Shown: one piece after another, positions 1 to 13,990 of the stretch
Position numbering within the stretch: the first letter of the stretch is position 1
Layout of the letters: each line of letters starts with the position of its first letter
Assembly: GCF_963921235.1 (NCBI RefSeq)
Contig: NC_086108.1
Location: forward strand, 72,914,001-72,978,000
DNA from: Mobula hypostoma
Lineage: Eukaryota
Reading direction: 5' to 3'
Length of the DNA: 64,000 bases
Program-made: the position numbers and the translations under genes
The notes under the pieces: model-generated
The model's input: only the letters and a program-made list of their open reading frames with translations
Databases searched by the model: none
What the model was told of the DNA's origin: nothing

Positions 1-119
1 TCATCTGTCATCTCCTTGTCCCCCTAAATTATTTCTCCAGCTTCATTTTCTAGTGGTCCTATATCCACTCTCATCTCATTTTTTATTTTTTACATACTTG
101 AAAATGCTTGAATAACCAT

Positions 120-660
120 AATAGAATCAATGAAAGACCGCATCAACTGGGTGTTCAACCAGAATGCGAAAGAAAACAAACAGTGCAAATACAAAAAGAA
201 AAAAAAATAGGTAAGCAACAACTATGGAGAATATGAAATGAAGAGTCCTTGAAAATAAGTCCATAGGTTGTGGAAACATTTCAGTGATGGGGCAAGTGAA
301 GTTAAGTGAAGTTAACCCCTTTGGATCAAGACCCAGATGGTTGAGGGGTAACAACTGTTTCTGAACCTGGTGTTGTGAATCCTGAAGCTCCTAGACATTC
401 TTCCTGATGGCAGAAGCAAGACAAGAGCATGGCCTGGGTGGTGGGGGTCCCTGATGATGGATCCTGCTTTCCTGCTACAATGTTGCGTGTAAATGCGCTC
501 AGTGGTGGGGAGGGCTTTACCCATGATGGACTGGGCTGTATCCACTACTTTTTGTAGAATTTTCCAGTCAAGGGCATTAGTGTTTCCATACCAGGCTCTG
601 ATGCAGCCAGACAATATATTCTCCACCACATATCTATAGAAGTTTGTCAAAATTGTAGAT
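120..660 (-). mobile_element. Rex1/Babar-type LINE, 3' fragment
   Basis: ORF 312-650 (NFYRYVVENILSGCIRAWYGN...LLLPSGR...RFRNS) matches the C-terminus of the Rex1-type ORF at 54.8-55.4 kb, followed by a 3'UTR. Confidence 0.85.
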
Positions 661-3600
661 GGGCATGAAGCAGCATTATTAATGTACTACTTTTTGTCAT
701 TCCAGGAAATTCAGACTTTATGCCTCGGAATGAATCCTATCAATGTTATATCCAGTCATTAACTTCCTCCATTTAGTAACTCTTTATTCCATTTTGTAAC
801 TTCATGTGCCTGTAAACATAATGGTAACTGTAAATTACTTGCATCAACCACTAGTGGTGGCATGGTGTTTGCATGTTCTAGCTGCTTAACATAATACAGA
901 GATACCAAAAGGCTCCAGCCAAATTCTGTTATTCATTTAAAAATATCTGTAAATTTCAAGGTATTATACAAATGGTGGAAAGAATATCTTGAAAAAGGAG
1001 TCAGATGCTCCAGCCTTACACCCTGTCACCACCTCCCTCCTCTGAACAAAGGATCTGTTCATTATATGCTGCCCATTGGGAAACACTATAATTACTATAA
1101 TTACTCTAAAAAAACTTGGGTTGTCAGTAATTTCTGAAAGTAAGGTTGATAAAACGGTGTAATACATTTTTGTAATAAACTCCAGCTTCCTGTTCAGAAA
1201 TTGGGGATCAGCAATAGTTATTTCCACTGATTATGTGAATTTTGTCTCCGAAAGTGGTTATTGTAGTTTCTTCTACAGCATAAAACATTTTGTGGAATTG
1301 ATTAGTTGGTGGATTTGTTCCAGCAATGCTGACCTTCAGTCAACTTTCACAGCCCTTCGACACCATCATTGATCCTGCACTCACTTTATTCTGCTTTGGT
1401 TATGATGACTACATTTCTCTCCAAATATGATTGATGCCAAGATCAATACAGACCAAGCTTGGAGGCAATGAGTGTTATGTCTTGGTAATATAATGCTCCA
1501 GACAATTGATTAACTGGATTCTGGATCTGGTCATATGAATTAGGAGTTTTATGAATGGCTTGCTGCTTTCTTGGTTTTCCTATAACTGAGATTTGCTGGT
1601 GTGGCATTCTTGTAAAAATGGGCACTTCATACAAATTATACTATCATGAATAAATGGAAGTTCATGGACCTTAATAGACATCATAACAAATGAATTGTTC
1701 AATGCTAATCCTTCCTACCATTTTGTAAAGATTTTGGTTTAGTTTTTTTTTGAAAATCTCTATTTTCTACTGAATCAGAAATATTCTAGTTTGCATTTAC
1801 TAATGAGTGCTATTACATACTTGGGTAGATGCCCCCCCCCAACTCCCTCGATGATTTAGGCTCCCCTCAATGCCTCACAAATTCATACAGGCCCTCACAG
1901 ATTTTTAGTCTGTGCTGATGTGGCTAATCACAGCCAGGGGAGCAATTTAAATTAAAAATAATAGATTAACTTTCTGGCATTTATATGTAGTTTCAACTTG
2001 TATGGCTTAGTTAACAAATGGTTAATAGAACATTTAAATTTGATCGACTGTTATGTAGATTAGAACCTGTGTAGTAAAGATGAGAAAAATTAGAGCAAAT
2101 ATCCATTTTCTATTTCAAGAAATCTTGTCATGATACATGTGTTTATTTGTGATCTGTTAGTACCTTGATTATATACTGTATAATGAACCAGAACAATCAT
2201 TACTCATTGCTGCCTCAGTATTCAGTAGTAAGTAGTACATTGTCAAACCCACCCCATGTCCGGCATTTTTCATCTCTCCACTACGATATACAATACCAAT
2301 CAATTAAATAAATCCAGAAAACTTTACACTCTACAGGATTTTGGTGAGAGTGTGTGTTTTTAAATAAGAAAAAAAAGCTGTCTGTAAAGCAGGCGCAGTA
2401 TCCGGCAAGGAAGCAGACCACAGGTATGCGATCTTTCTTTAATAAGCAACAGATCAACTTGTTTTATATGTGGCAATTATAATATAACAAGATCTGTCAA
2501 GAAGCTTGGTAGAATTGTTATCACATTTGACATTAAGCCACACAAGGAGATGCTTAGAAAGATGACTGCATGCTTAAACAAAGAGAGAGGCTTTAATGAG
2601 CATTTGTACAAGGCAAAAAAAGTAAAAATGTACTGAGATTGAAGGGAAAAAAAATCCAAAACTTGGATAGCTGAGTGTTTAATGGCAAATATGCTCAAGA
2701 GGTCAAAAGTGGAGCAGCGTAGACATGTCAAAAGGTTATGGAGCTGGAGGAGGACGTAGTGTTAAGAAGGAGTGAGGATTTTGAAATTAAGATTGATGAT
2801 TTTAAAACTTTGGTGGTTTTAAGAGTGCAATGGAAGTACAGTGTTTTTAAAATAAGCTTGAAATGAAATATGATGGTCTAAATAGAACCATGCGGGGTGG
2901 CAACATTTGGCAGAGGCTGGGGGAAGGGTTGTGAGAAGAATATATCTGATTCACAACATTCTATAGTTTTGAATGCCTGTGGCAGGTAAAGTAATTGAAA
3001 ATGATATTGCAGAGGGAAATCAACCTCAACACCAACTTTTAACTCCATCTTCTCAAATTGTGTCCAATGAATCCCTCAGGAGAGGCATGTTGCCAATTTC
3101 AGTATGTCAGTGTCACAATTAGAATGATGTTAAAATGCTTTTCCAGCTTCATTGTAAATCTACAGGATTTTTGGATTACTGGAATTTGCTTGTGGCAATG
3201 GCAGAGCTGGGCTGTGGCCGTGGTTGAGGGCTTTGGCAGATGTCTAAACTATAATTGATTTGTGATATATTTTTTCAACTTGAAGTAAAAAATCATTATT
3301 GATTTCTAAATACATAAATAATCTGAAGGTCAAGCATTTTTGTAGAAAGAAAGATAACAATCCTTTGTTTCCTTGTTTTGCCTTACAATCCCCATCAAAA
3401 CCAAAGACAGGTCATTCTTCGTTCAAAATCTAACCTGATGTAGGATTGGAGAAGCAATGCATGTGCAGAATTTGGGGACTTTCTGTTCACTGAAAAGCCG
3501 AATGCTTGCAGTTCTGACCATAACCATCAGGAAGATCCAGGCCACTGTAATCTATGTATGGATTTGAACTAAACTCTGCACTATGACTTTAAACAATTCT

Positions 3601-5715
3601 CTGCATTATCCAAACTGTTAGTGTTATCAATCACCGTACCCAACATCTCTAATGATATGGTAATGCCACTTAAAAAAGAACCCTCTTGTAGTCATTTCCC
3701 TTCAAAGCAGAAACACTACATACTCTTTCATACTTTATATATTCACCGTGGTGTGATCATTCTTCATCATGAGACATATGCAAGTGAAGCTATTGAGGAG
3801 AATTGAAGTACCTTCACGCTTGTAGCATTTCAGAGATCTCTTTTTTTCAGAGGGAGGATGTATATAGAACCATTTGCAAGCTTGTAGCACTCCACAGCAC
3901 CTTGTATTGCTGAATGTTACAAAAGAAAAATTATAAATCAGAGTTTAAACCTACTTTCTTTAGAAACAGCCTGCTGCTACAAGTTTTCTTTTTTAAGCTA
4001 TCATTGTAGAATATATTATTTCTATCACAGCCTGCACTTTTATGCAATTAAAAGGATATTTATTTTTTCCTTGTTACCTCACTTATTTAAATACTAAACA
4101 TAATGAAAGACAGTAGGCAGGGTTACATTTATTATAGAAGTCAGACACTGAAATATGGCAAGCAATCAAGAATCAATAAAGTACACTTTCTGGAACCTTT
4201 GTCAGGCCTTCAAGTTTCCAGAACACTCAGTCCCATATGCAGTTTATACTTATACAAAAAAATTTTCAATAGTTAAAGAGGTTACCCTTAGCCTTGCAAT
4301 GCCTCTATTAATTCTCTTACTGAAGTTACTCATTATTATTTTGTACGAATAAAGACATGATAACTTAACTGAGAGTGATAAGCCATTGGAAACATCATAA
4401 GCAATGGAAGCAGTAAATAGAAGATGATCAGACTTTCCGTGGAATATAATTCTGTGTCTATTAATTTGGCAGTCTTTATGTTGAGTCTTTAGTACTATAT
4501 GTAATCAGCATTCTTTGACACAGAACTTGTGATCAGTAGTTCCTCACCCCTGATATGACTAAAAAGGTTACTGCTCACATTGCACGGCTCTCCTGATAGG
4601 TGGCGGAACATTCCTCTGGTAAAATAGTTGATGGAGAAGTGATCGCAGACCCAAGTTGGTATGATTGTGGAAAGCCCAAAGCTGTTGCAAATTCATGTGT
4701 TTCTGACATTCAGAGCTATTCAACACTATTAGAAACAATCAAGAATGATTCAAACAACTAAACATTTAAAAAATTAAAACAATTATCAAACACAATTCCT
4801 TTAATCCCTCTCAACTAGAGATCAATGAAAAGGGGGTCTCTGCAGTGGTTTAAATAAACTCGGGTTGGTCAAACATATTTTCTGTAGTAATTGATCAGGA
4901 AATTCTGTAACATTATACTCCTCCATGGATTGTAGATGAAACTTGACCCAAGAGCATGAACAACTATTATTGCCAGTGAACAGCTGCCAGTAATTTGGGG
5001 TTTTTGTATTTGCAGACACCTTGAGAGGATTGTTGCCTTTGGTGGAAAACTGGCAGTTACATAGAGTGATGCCATTATATGGAACTGTTGATAGGGAAGA
5101 AAACGTGAGGGGAGGGAAATGCAAATTTAGTAGGCATTAGATGATGACAGTTGATGCTGTTAGAGAAAGGAATGTCCTAATCCAATCATAATCCATCTGG
5201 TGAGGACAACAACTCACGTTGGTTAGAAAAACGGAAATGGCTTATCATTGCAAGTCTAACTTTTATTCTGAGATGAAGAGTTAAGGTAAGTTTTGTAAAC
5301 TCTCTTGAATTCAGTGTTTTTTCTTTAAATATTTGATCTTTGGATGTAGGCATACTGGTAAGTCTATATTTATTCCTCATGCTCGGTTGCTCTGAGAAAG
5401 CAATTGCAGGTCAGTTTGAACAACTGAAGTCTTTGTGGGAATTCAGAAGCAAAATAATGCATATGCTGGAAATACATATTGCAAGTGCTGAATTGCAAAA
5501 CCCAACTTTAAGGGAAAAGGCCTATCACCCTTACTTCAAGAAAGGTGAAAGAAAGATGTAGACACCCAGATTCTGGCATCTAATGAGTTGGACTCAATAG
5601 AGTGATGTCTCAGTGAAGGTTTGGGCTCAATATCATACAGACTATAGGTTTTGTGCCATGTAGGTGACTTGATCTTTACAAGAAATTAGGAGATGACCTC
5701 CATAAAGCTATAAAG

Positions 5716-7177
5716 CAGGGATCAGCAACTTCTTTGCCTCTGTGGGCCGGATCGCGTATTAGTAAGCGGACAGTGGGCCAGATAAATGCCATAAAAAACT
5801 TGAAATATGGGAATTATCCTTTTAAATACATCTAGTTATGTTTTGCCTCAAATTAATGAATAACACTTGCTAGAAAATTATTTGTGCTTAACCAAGGATG
5901 CCAATAAGTAATCAAAGAACTCAGTTTAGTTGCAATTTATTTCAATCAAGGCATCTTTTGAATCTATTAAAAGAACAAAAAGAATCTTTAAACATAAAAC
6001 GTATGAACATGATGCACTGAATGGTGGTAAATTAAGTATAATAAAAAAGAAAATTTTAATGCAAACAGTTGATAAATCAAAGTGGAACTTGATGCTGTTT
6101 GTTGCTTGAAAGCTTCTCAATATTGAGTGCCAAACTTGTAGATGCCAACAGCAAGACATTATCCAGATGGGCATCAGTCAATCTTGTTCTCAAATGGTTC
6201 TTGGTGTGCTTCATTTTTGAAAATAATTGCTCACACAGATAAGTGCTGCCAAACAATGATGCCATCTTTTTTGCATGGTCCACTAAGTTAGGATACTTCC
6301 CACTTGGATGAATATATTTTCTATAGAAGTCAAGCACTGACACATCTTCAGAATGAAATTTTTATTTCAATATGTCGTCACACTGCATCTCAATCAATTC
6401 CATTTGAAAGATTTCTGATGCAGTGTCCACTTCCACATCAAATGGAGTAGGTCAACTCATTTGCATGCAAGTGAAAATCAGCAAAATGAGATGAAAACTC
6501 TCTTCTCAATTCTTGGACCATATTCACAAAAATACCTGGATCTTGTGCTTTACTTTTTTGAAAAATGGGAAAATGTGCACAATTTCCTTTTTGAAGCTGG
6601 TACTCCCACAATTGCAGCTTTCTTTCCATTATGGCAGGTCTTGTAATGTCACCTGATTTGCCACCTTCTTCACAGCAACAGGTTCTAGGCAAATGAGACA
6701 AACTGGTTTCCCAGCTTGCTCGATGAAGAAGTAATCTCGTGTCCAAGTGTCTTGGAAATCCCAGCAATCAGTGTCTACCTTCCTGGGTTTTGCATTCATT
6801 GCCAGTGGAATTTTTTTTTCTTTGATTTTATTTTGAAATGCGAGTTATTCAACAAGTATCGTAGCACATGTAAATATCTGGATATTTAGCGTGGATTTCT
6901 TGTTAAAATACAGTGACACTGTTTCTGTTTACAAATTTGAACGACTCCATCTGAAAACCTACACGTGCACGGTGAGTATCTACTACATATTAATAAGGTA
7001 GTCTGCCTTCCCGTCATTCGTATATACCAGTGTTCGGTTTGGAGCAAAACGGAACCTGGGGCCAGTGTAACAAGACGCGATGTATGTCCATCAGTGTGGT
7101 CATGTGAAACACTCAGAATAAGGAAAAATCGCTCGCAGGCCGAATCTGGCCCGCGGGCCGTAGGTTGCCTACCCCTG
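5716..7177 (-). mobile_element. hAT-Charlie DNA transposon, internally deleted
   Basis: TIRs CAGGGATCAGCAAC / GTTGCCTACCCCTG and a perfect 8-bp TSD ctataaag (5708-5715, 7178-7185). Minus-strand transposase remnant SLFGSTYLCEQLFSKMKHTKNHLRTRLTD is a hAT dimerisation region of Charlie/GTF2IRD2 type. Confidence 0.93.
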
Positions 7178-7531
7178 CTATAAAGGATGCCAAGAGACAA
7201 TACCAGACCAAAGTAGAGTCCCATACAAGGAATTAGTTGTGGAAGCGCTTACATGCTATAAATAGCTACAAAACAAAGTCAGGCAGCATTGCCAACAACA
7301 GAGAAGAGCCTAATACATTCTATGCACATTTTGAACAGCCTCCAATGTATCGGAACCCACAGTCACTGTTGTGACATAAGATCAGACTTCTGCAGAGAGA
7401 ACCTGCGCAAAGCATGGTTTCCTAGCTATGTTCTTGGGTCTTGCACAAGTCAGTTGTAAGGGGTATTTGCAGGCATTTTTAACCTCTTCTTACTTCAATC
7501 TAAGTTTCTACCTTTTTAAGGAAGACCACTA

Positions 7532-8754
7532 TGTAACACCTGTGTAGTGCTTGTCTTATCTTGTGTGACTGCTCTCCACACTCTTTATGAGAAAATCTAA
7601 TTACATAGCACTACACTAGGTGCTAGTAGGCCATCTGAAGCTCTCTGTATCGGAAGGAGGCAGTGAATAGAAAACACACACTTCTGGAAGTAAGTTTCAT
7701 TATAAAAATAGCAATACATACAAAATATTTACATGAGTAAGAATAGAAAATTCCAACATTCTGTTTAGGTTCCAAATCTGAGATATCAAATGAAAGCCAA
7801 ATTCCTTTTTAGTTAGAATCAGTGAGATTCATTGGAATAACCTTTATTACTCCAGTTTCTCTAACTGATTAGATCTAGTGTTATTCCCTACTTAAAGGTT
7901 TACAGACTTTGCATTTCTATAGTTAGAAAACTAATTGAATTCCTATTCTTAAGTAGTATGGTTATCTCTAGTTTCAGTTCAAGTCAGTAAGTCTACAAGT
8001 TGAAATCCAGCACCAAAAAAAAACATATACAACTTAACTCATTTTATGGCAAATTCTCCAACATCACAACTTTTAAGCAAAGTAAATCTCATCCAGTAAC
8101 TCATCAAAGTCTGCAAAAATAATCAGTTCTTGCAGAAAATCAAATTCAGATCCTCCAGATGAAAAATAAATTTGTACATCCAACCCATACTGAATCCTCT
8201 ACATCATGAAACATTTCTTTCCCGCGCTGGTTGTTCATCTTGGGTGGCTCATCATCTTGTTTCGTGTTTCATTGGATGAAATAGCTGATCATCCACGGAA
8301 AGTTGATTCACAATACCTAAACAAAATAAAAAACCCTGACCAAATCCCTTGGTGTGATTTAACAGAACTAATTACCAGTTACATGGTAGAGATCTTGGAC
8401 GCTCGTCTCTGCTGATACTGTCTCACTATAGTTGCTGCTTGTTATTGCCATAGCTTCAATAAACCTTTTATCAATATCATCTCTCCTCAGGTGGTTTCTT
8501 CTTGTTGTTTTCAATTAAGTAGGGTAGATATACCCACTACTAATTCCACTTATAACAGCTTTATATCTTTAGTTTCTAATAGTTTGCTGTGTTTCTATCA
8601 CTGGTCTGCACCTGCATCAGGCTTGCCTTGTTCTCGCATAGCTTTTTTCCCCAAGTTCTCTTTTTTAAAAAGAATTTGGTAAACCTTGTTTTCACCCCTC
8701 CATAGGTGGAGCTTTCTAACATCACATCTTTGGGTTTAATTAACCTGGGTTACA
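7532..8754. mobile_element. Probable solo LTR (Gypsy-like)
   Basis: TGTAAC...GTTACA termini with a 4-bp TSD acta (7528-7531, 8755-8758). It interrupts the LINE RT sequence and has no recognisable coding content. Confidence 0.8.
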
Positions 8755-11046
8755 ACTATCATCCCTAAGAAAAGCAAGGTAATGTACTTTCATGACTACT
8801 GCCCAGCGGCTCTGATGTTCACCATCATAAAGTGCTTCAAGTGGGTGGTCATGGTACATTTTAATTCCAGCCTCCCAGAAACTTTGATCCACCGCAATTT
8901 GCCTGCCACTAAAACAGGTCTACAGCACGTGTCATCTTCCTGGCCAAGAAAGCTCATCAGTGCCTCTACTTACTTAGGTACTAAAGAAATGTAGCATGTC
9001 CTCTTTGACCCTTAGCAATTTTTTATTGATGCGCTATAGAAAGCATCCTGTTTAGGTGCACCACAGCTTGATACAGCAAATGCCCAGCTCATGACCACAA
9101 GATACTGCACAGAGTTGTAGGCACAGCTCAGCACATGACTGAGAAACAGCCTTCCCTCAGTAGACTCTGTCTACACTTCGTGGTGGAATGGTCAGCATAA
9201 TCAAAGGTCCCACCCACCTAAACATTCTCTCTTCTCTAAAATCCCACCGGGCAGAAGATACAAAAGCATTAAAACACATACCACCAGGCTCAAGGATAAT
9301 GTCTAACCTACTGCTATAAGGTTATTGAATGGTCCCCAGTATGATAAGATGGACTCTTGTCCTTACAGTCTATCGCACTGTGACCTTGCACCTTACTATC
9401 TATCTGTACTGCACTTCCTCTGTAGCTGTTACACTTTATTCTGTTCTCTGTTACTCTTTTACCTTGTACTACCTCAATGCATTATTGTAATGAATTGATG
9501 TATGGTCGGTATGCAAGATACGTTTTTTCACTGTACCTCAGCACATGTGACAATAATAAACCAATCTGGGGTTTGATGGAGCCAATTTTAACTGGGGCTC
9601 GGTGCGAGCAGGATGAAGATTTAAGGAGCCCCATAGCCTGCAATCTGAGATAACTCAGACCTCAATCTGTCAGTCTCCCCTGCCCCCAGTAGATACCATG
9701 GGTAACTTGGAACTCAGCTTTGTGAGGGGTGCCAGACCAGACAGGATGGAAGCCCCTTATGAGGCCAGGAGAGCTACTTTTAATCTGCTTACCAGAGGGG
9801 AACAAAATGTATTTAATTTATCTGGATGTTATCTTCCTTGTACGTTGATCTGATGACAAAGACATAACCATGCAGTCTTTCAGTTCAATTTTTATAATGG
9901 CCCCAATAACTTCTCCATACTTAGAAAAGGAACTCAGTTGAAAAAAACAGGTTAGAACTGCAACATTTGGGAAGGTAGATGGATAAATGTGGGCTGAATC
10001 ACAATATATTTCCATGTCCACCAGACTTCATCGGTGTTAGCTGACCAACTAAGTGATGACAGTGGAGTCATTTCCTACCACATTGTATCTGTCACCCTGT
10101 ATTCAATCTCAGTACAGTTTCAACATGCAAACTTCTGGACCAGAGTCAAGCATATCACTGGACTACTCTTAATATCTGAATAAAGAGTAGAATTTGAATC
10201 CAAAAGTAAAATCCCCTATCTTCCTTATGAGGAACAGTAAATGAAAGCCAATTCCAGTCTTCATCAACCCCTAGGTCTTGTTGAATTTCCAAAAGAACAA
10301 ATATTTTATCGAAATCTTGTCAATACTATTTTGGAAATATAAATTTTTCCCTCCAATTTAACATTTTGAAATTGAGTTCCATGTAGCCTCAGACGATTGG
10401 GAAAAATAAATCATAATTTGAAAAGCAATGACCAGTACAGTATACGACCAGCAAATGTTCACTTTCGTTCCAACTACTGAAACTCTTGTTAATATATCTG
10501 GAAGATGCCAATATACCTGAACATATGGGTGGAAGATAGATCTTGGCCTATTTGTCTTGAGCATGTTATTTATAGAAAACTATTTTGTATCTGTCATAAC
10601 AAGGAATTACCCTTTTCGTAACTTTCTTTACATAGGTTTGCAATTTATCACAGTTGCAAATTTCTTTTCCTATTCCTGTTCCTCATTATATGAAATTTAA
10701 ATTTAAAACTGATAAAGTAACAAAGCTTATGGCCTACATGAAGCCTAATGTTTCAACCAATTACAATGACTTGATCTCCTGAGAAACTTAGCTGAGGTAG
10801 CGCTAAGGAATGATTTGCTCAGCAAATTGCAGCACAATCCCTGCAAGTCCCTGATTTGATGTTTTCTGCAAATATATCATGTAAGTTTAAAATAAGAAGT
10901 TATTAGATTGGTAATAGTATAGCTCATAACTTAATCAAAAGGAATAATGAATAATTAGATTCCAAATATCTGGGATTACTTTTATAAAAATGCTTAATCT
11001 TATCTCATTTCACATAGGTTAACTAGAATAATCTCTGCAGTATGCA

Positions 11047-11350
11047 TAAACATAGAACAATACAGCACATTACTAGCCTTTTGTCCCATTATGTTTTGCC
11101 AACATATATAAACCTACTTTACAATCATTCTGACCCTTCCCTCCTGGCACAGTGCATAAGACCCCATTTTTCTTTCATCCATGTGCCTACATCAGAGTCT
11201 CTTAAATGTCCCTCATATATCTGCATCTACCACCACTCGCAGCTGTGTGCTCCGTGTGCTTACCATTCTGTGCAAAAAAAACTGTCTCTGACATTGCCTC
11301 TATTCTTTACAGCTTCAATGTATGCCCTCTTGCATCAGTCATTGCCACCC
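11047..11350 (-). mobile_element. CR1-type LINE 3' end
   Basis: Begins aaacatagaacaatacagcaca, the same 3' terminus as the copies at 16.4, 18.6 and 61.6 kb. Confidence 0.7.
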
Positions 11351-11457
11351 ACGCATTGGACATCCACGCTAACTATGAAGTTCTAAACTCAAACAAAGCT
11401 CATAAGCCCTATCGGATATAGATAGCTATGGGTGTACTTACTAAAAGGAGGTTATAA

Positions 11458-12342
11458 TGTAACTACGCAATCTTCAAAAACTAGTTCACTTTCTTGTTTA
11501 TCATCCATGGCGAGTTTAGCTACCAATACCCACTATTTGAGTGGAAATTCTCCCTCTACCAAGGAGGAGAGACTTCCAGCTAACAGAGTGGTTTAAAAAC
11601 AGTTTATTTATTTTTAGTGATACATACTTAAATCCAGGCAAAACTCTTATAAACACATTTAAAATTCACAGGGTATTTTCCATCTTAAAACAGCATTTCC
11701 AAATTTCTAAAACACAAAGTATTTCCAAAACATAGGTACACCTCCTATAAGCATAAAAGACTTACCAGTGATCCAGATGAACAAGTTGTCCATCACAGAA
11801 ATTGAAGCCAGAGGAATGGATTCCAGTCACGCCATCTTTCTATCACTCTTCTTGATGTTCTTTAACTATTTCTAATAAGCATGAACTGCTCCATACATTA
11901 CACAGTGCGTTATTTCTGCCACTTGAATGACTCCATGCATAATGATATTTCTTCAGATACCCTTTTTACAAAATCAATTTAAAAGCTTCTCGGAGACACA
12001 GTTCCCAGATTTCCACAATTAATGCTGTGAAGTTGATTCTGAGCATACAAACTTCACAACTATTACCAGATCATCCATTTGATATGCTAAATGATTTTAC
12101 CCATCAGGTCTGCAAGCTTCCTTAAACTAAATAATTTAGCCAGTTTGTCTGGTTTGAAAAAAAACAGTTAAATTACCCATTGTCTAACACTGCACGTCTT
12201 AAGAAGTCAGTCCAGGTGCTGTGACCCAATATCCCGCATTCTGTAGACAGTGCATCTGTTGCTAAAATTGTCTTTTCAACTTCAAACTGATTATAGCTTG
12301 CCATTTACATTAAAAACTGAATACTGGTTCCCGTTTATGACA
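11458..12342. mobile_element. Possible old solo LTR
   Basis: TGTAAC start and TGACA end, with flanks ataa/agaa (3 of 4 match). Composition resembles the 7532-8754 element. Confidence 0.35.
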
Positions 12343-12684
12343 AGAAGCTCTACAAAGAATTTTCATTGGAAGTGTATTATTCAAAAACATCCCTTTTATC
12401 TCTAGATGTGTCAGCTGCTTGGTTCAGAAAGGTGAGCTTGACAAAAAAGAAGAGGCCCCCGGAGTAGAGAACAAATATTTATCACACCAAGTTGTTGACT
12501 AGTACTTTAAGATTTACTTATTTTATTCTGAAGCTTACTGAAAATTATAAATATGTTTAGTTAATGGGTCAATGCTGAGATTTTCTACAATCACAGAGAC
12601 AGTATAGAGAAAACTGCAATTTTCCTCTGGCCAAAGCTAGTCTCCAGCAGTTGCCATTTGCCTGTCCCTTCTCTAGTATCTGGG

Positions 12685-13125
12685 GCATCTGGACAGGAAA
12701 TAAACCTACTTTAGACTATTGTTTATTGACTATAGTTCCACCTTCAATTTTATAAATCCAAGCAAACTATCTCCAATCTCCTGGACTAGAACTCTATACC
12801 ATTCTTTGCAACTAGTCCTTAACTTTCTGATCAACCAACCACAATCGGTAAGGACAGGTAGCAACACCTCTGCCACAATTATGCTCAACACTGATGCTGC
12901 ACCCAACTGTACTCCATATACACTCACAACTCTGTGGTCAGATTCAAATCTAACTCCATCCATAAATTCGCAGCCGATACCACCAGAGTGAGCTGATTCT
13001 CAAATAATGGTAAGTTGGAATACAGAAAGCTTAGTGACATGGTGTCATGCTGATAACTTTTCCTCAGTGTCAGGAAAACAAAAGAGCTGGTCATTGACTT
13101 CAGGAAGGGTGGGATGGGGTGGAGA
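12685..13125 (+). mobile_element. Rex1-type RT fragment
   Basis: LFIDYSSTFNFINPSKL...VLNFLINQPQSVRTGSNTS aligns by eye to the RT at 54465-54630. Confidence 0.85.
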
Positions 13126-13526
13126 ACAGCTCTGTGTAATGTTATGTTTTGTCATTTGAATACCAGAAAAGAGACTGGTGAGCACTGCCACAAATGTGGA
13201 AGCTTGAGGACTTGGAAGGAAACATTTCATCATTCATGGAAAATGTCTTGAAAACCTGATAGTGCAGAATTAATCAGATTTACCATGTCATGAACTTTCT
13301 TATCATGTAATGGTAAAGGAAGAAGTTCAGAGTGGCGAACCCTGAACACTGTGGAATTCCTTACTTCTAATCCCCAAAAGAGCAACAAAGTTCCTTTAAA
13401 AACTGAATTAGTCATAGTGGCAAAGATGACTTGAAATCCACATCTGTTAACCTATTACTACATGTAGGCACGAGCCTGATATGGCAAAATTTTGCTTACA
13501 AAGGCAACGTGGCAGCATACTGGCAC

Positions 13527-13990
13527 ATTTATTTATTTATTTAGAGATTCGGTGCAGAATAGGCCCTTGCACCCCTTCAAGTGGTACAGCCCGGCAACCT
13601 GATTTAACCCTAGCCTAATCACGGGGCAATTTACAATGACCAATTAATCTACTAATTTATACACCTTTGCATTGTGGGAGGAAACCAGAAAAAACCCAAA
13701 CATTCCACAGGAAGGAAGTACAAACTCCTTACAGAGGATGTCATGATTTAACTCCAAACTCCAATGCCCCAAGCTATAATAGCATCGCACTATTACAGCA
13801 CCATCAACCCGGTTCTTTTCCCACCGCCACCTGGAGGAGTTTGTACATTCTCCCCATGACTGCATGAGTTTTCCTCCCACATTCCAAAGACATATAGAAC
13901 AGTAGGTTAATTGGTCACATGAGTGTAATTAGTTGGCGCAGGCCTTTTGGGTTGGAATTGCCTGTTACTGTGCTATATCTCCAAATAAAA
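13527..13990. mobile_element. Two adjacent tRNA-derived SINE remnants in opposite orientations
   Basis: Minus-strand copy carries a (TAAA)n tail at 13527. The plus-strand copy (ggagtttgtacattctccccatgac...ggttaattggtcac) resembles the SINE at 57946. Confidence 0.7.

Larger units (their letters stand above)
5650..9565 (+). mobile_element. Decayed Rex1-type LINE split by two nested insertions
   Basis: Pieces 5650-5715, 7178-7531 and 8755-9565 rejoin to an RT-like sequence (KAIKDAKRQYQTKVES...TIIPKKSKVMYFHDYCPAALMFTIIKCF). The 3'UTR ends gtgacaataataaacc. Confidence 0.8.
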
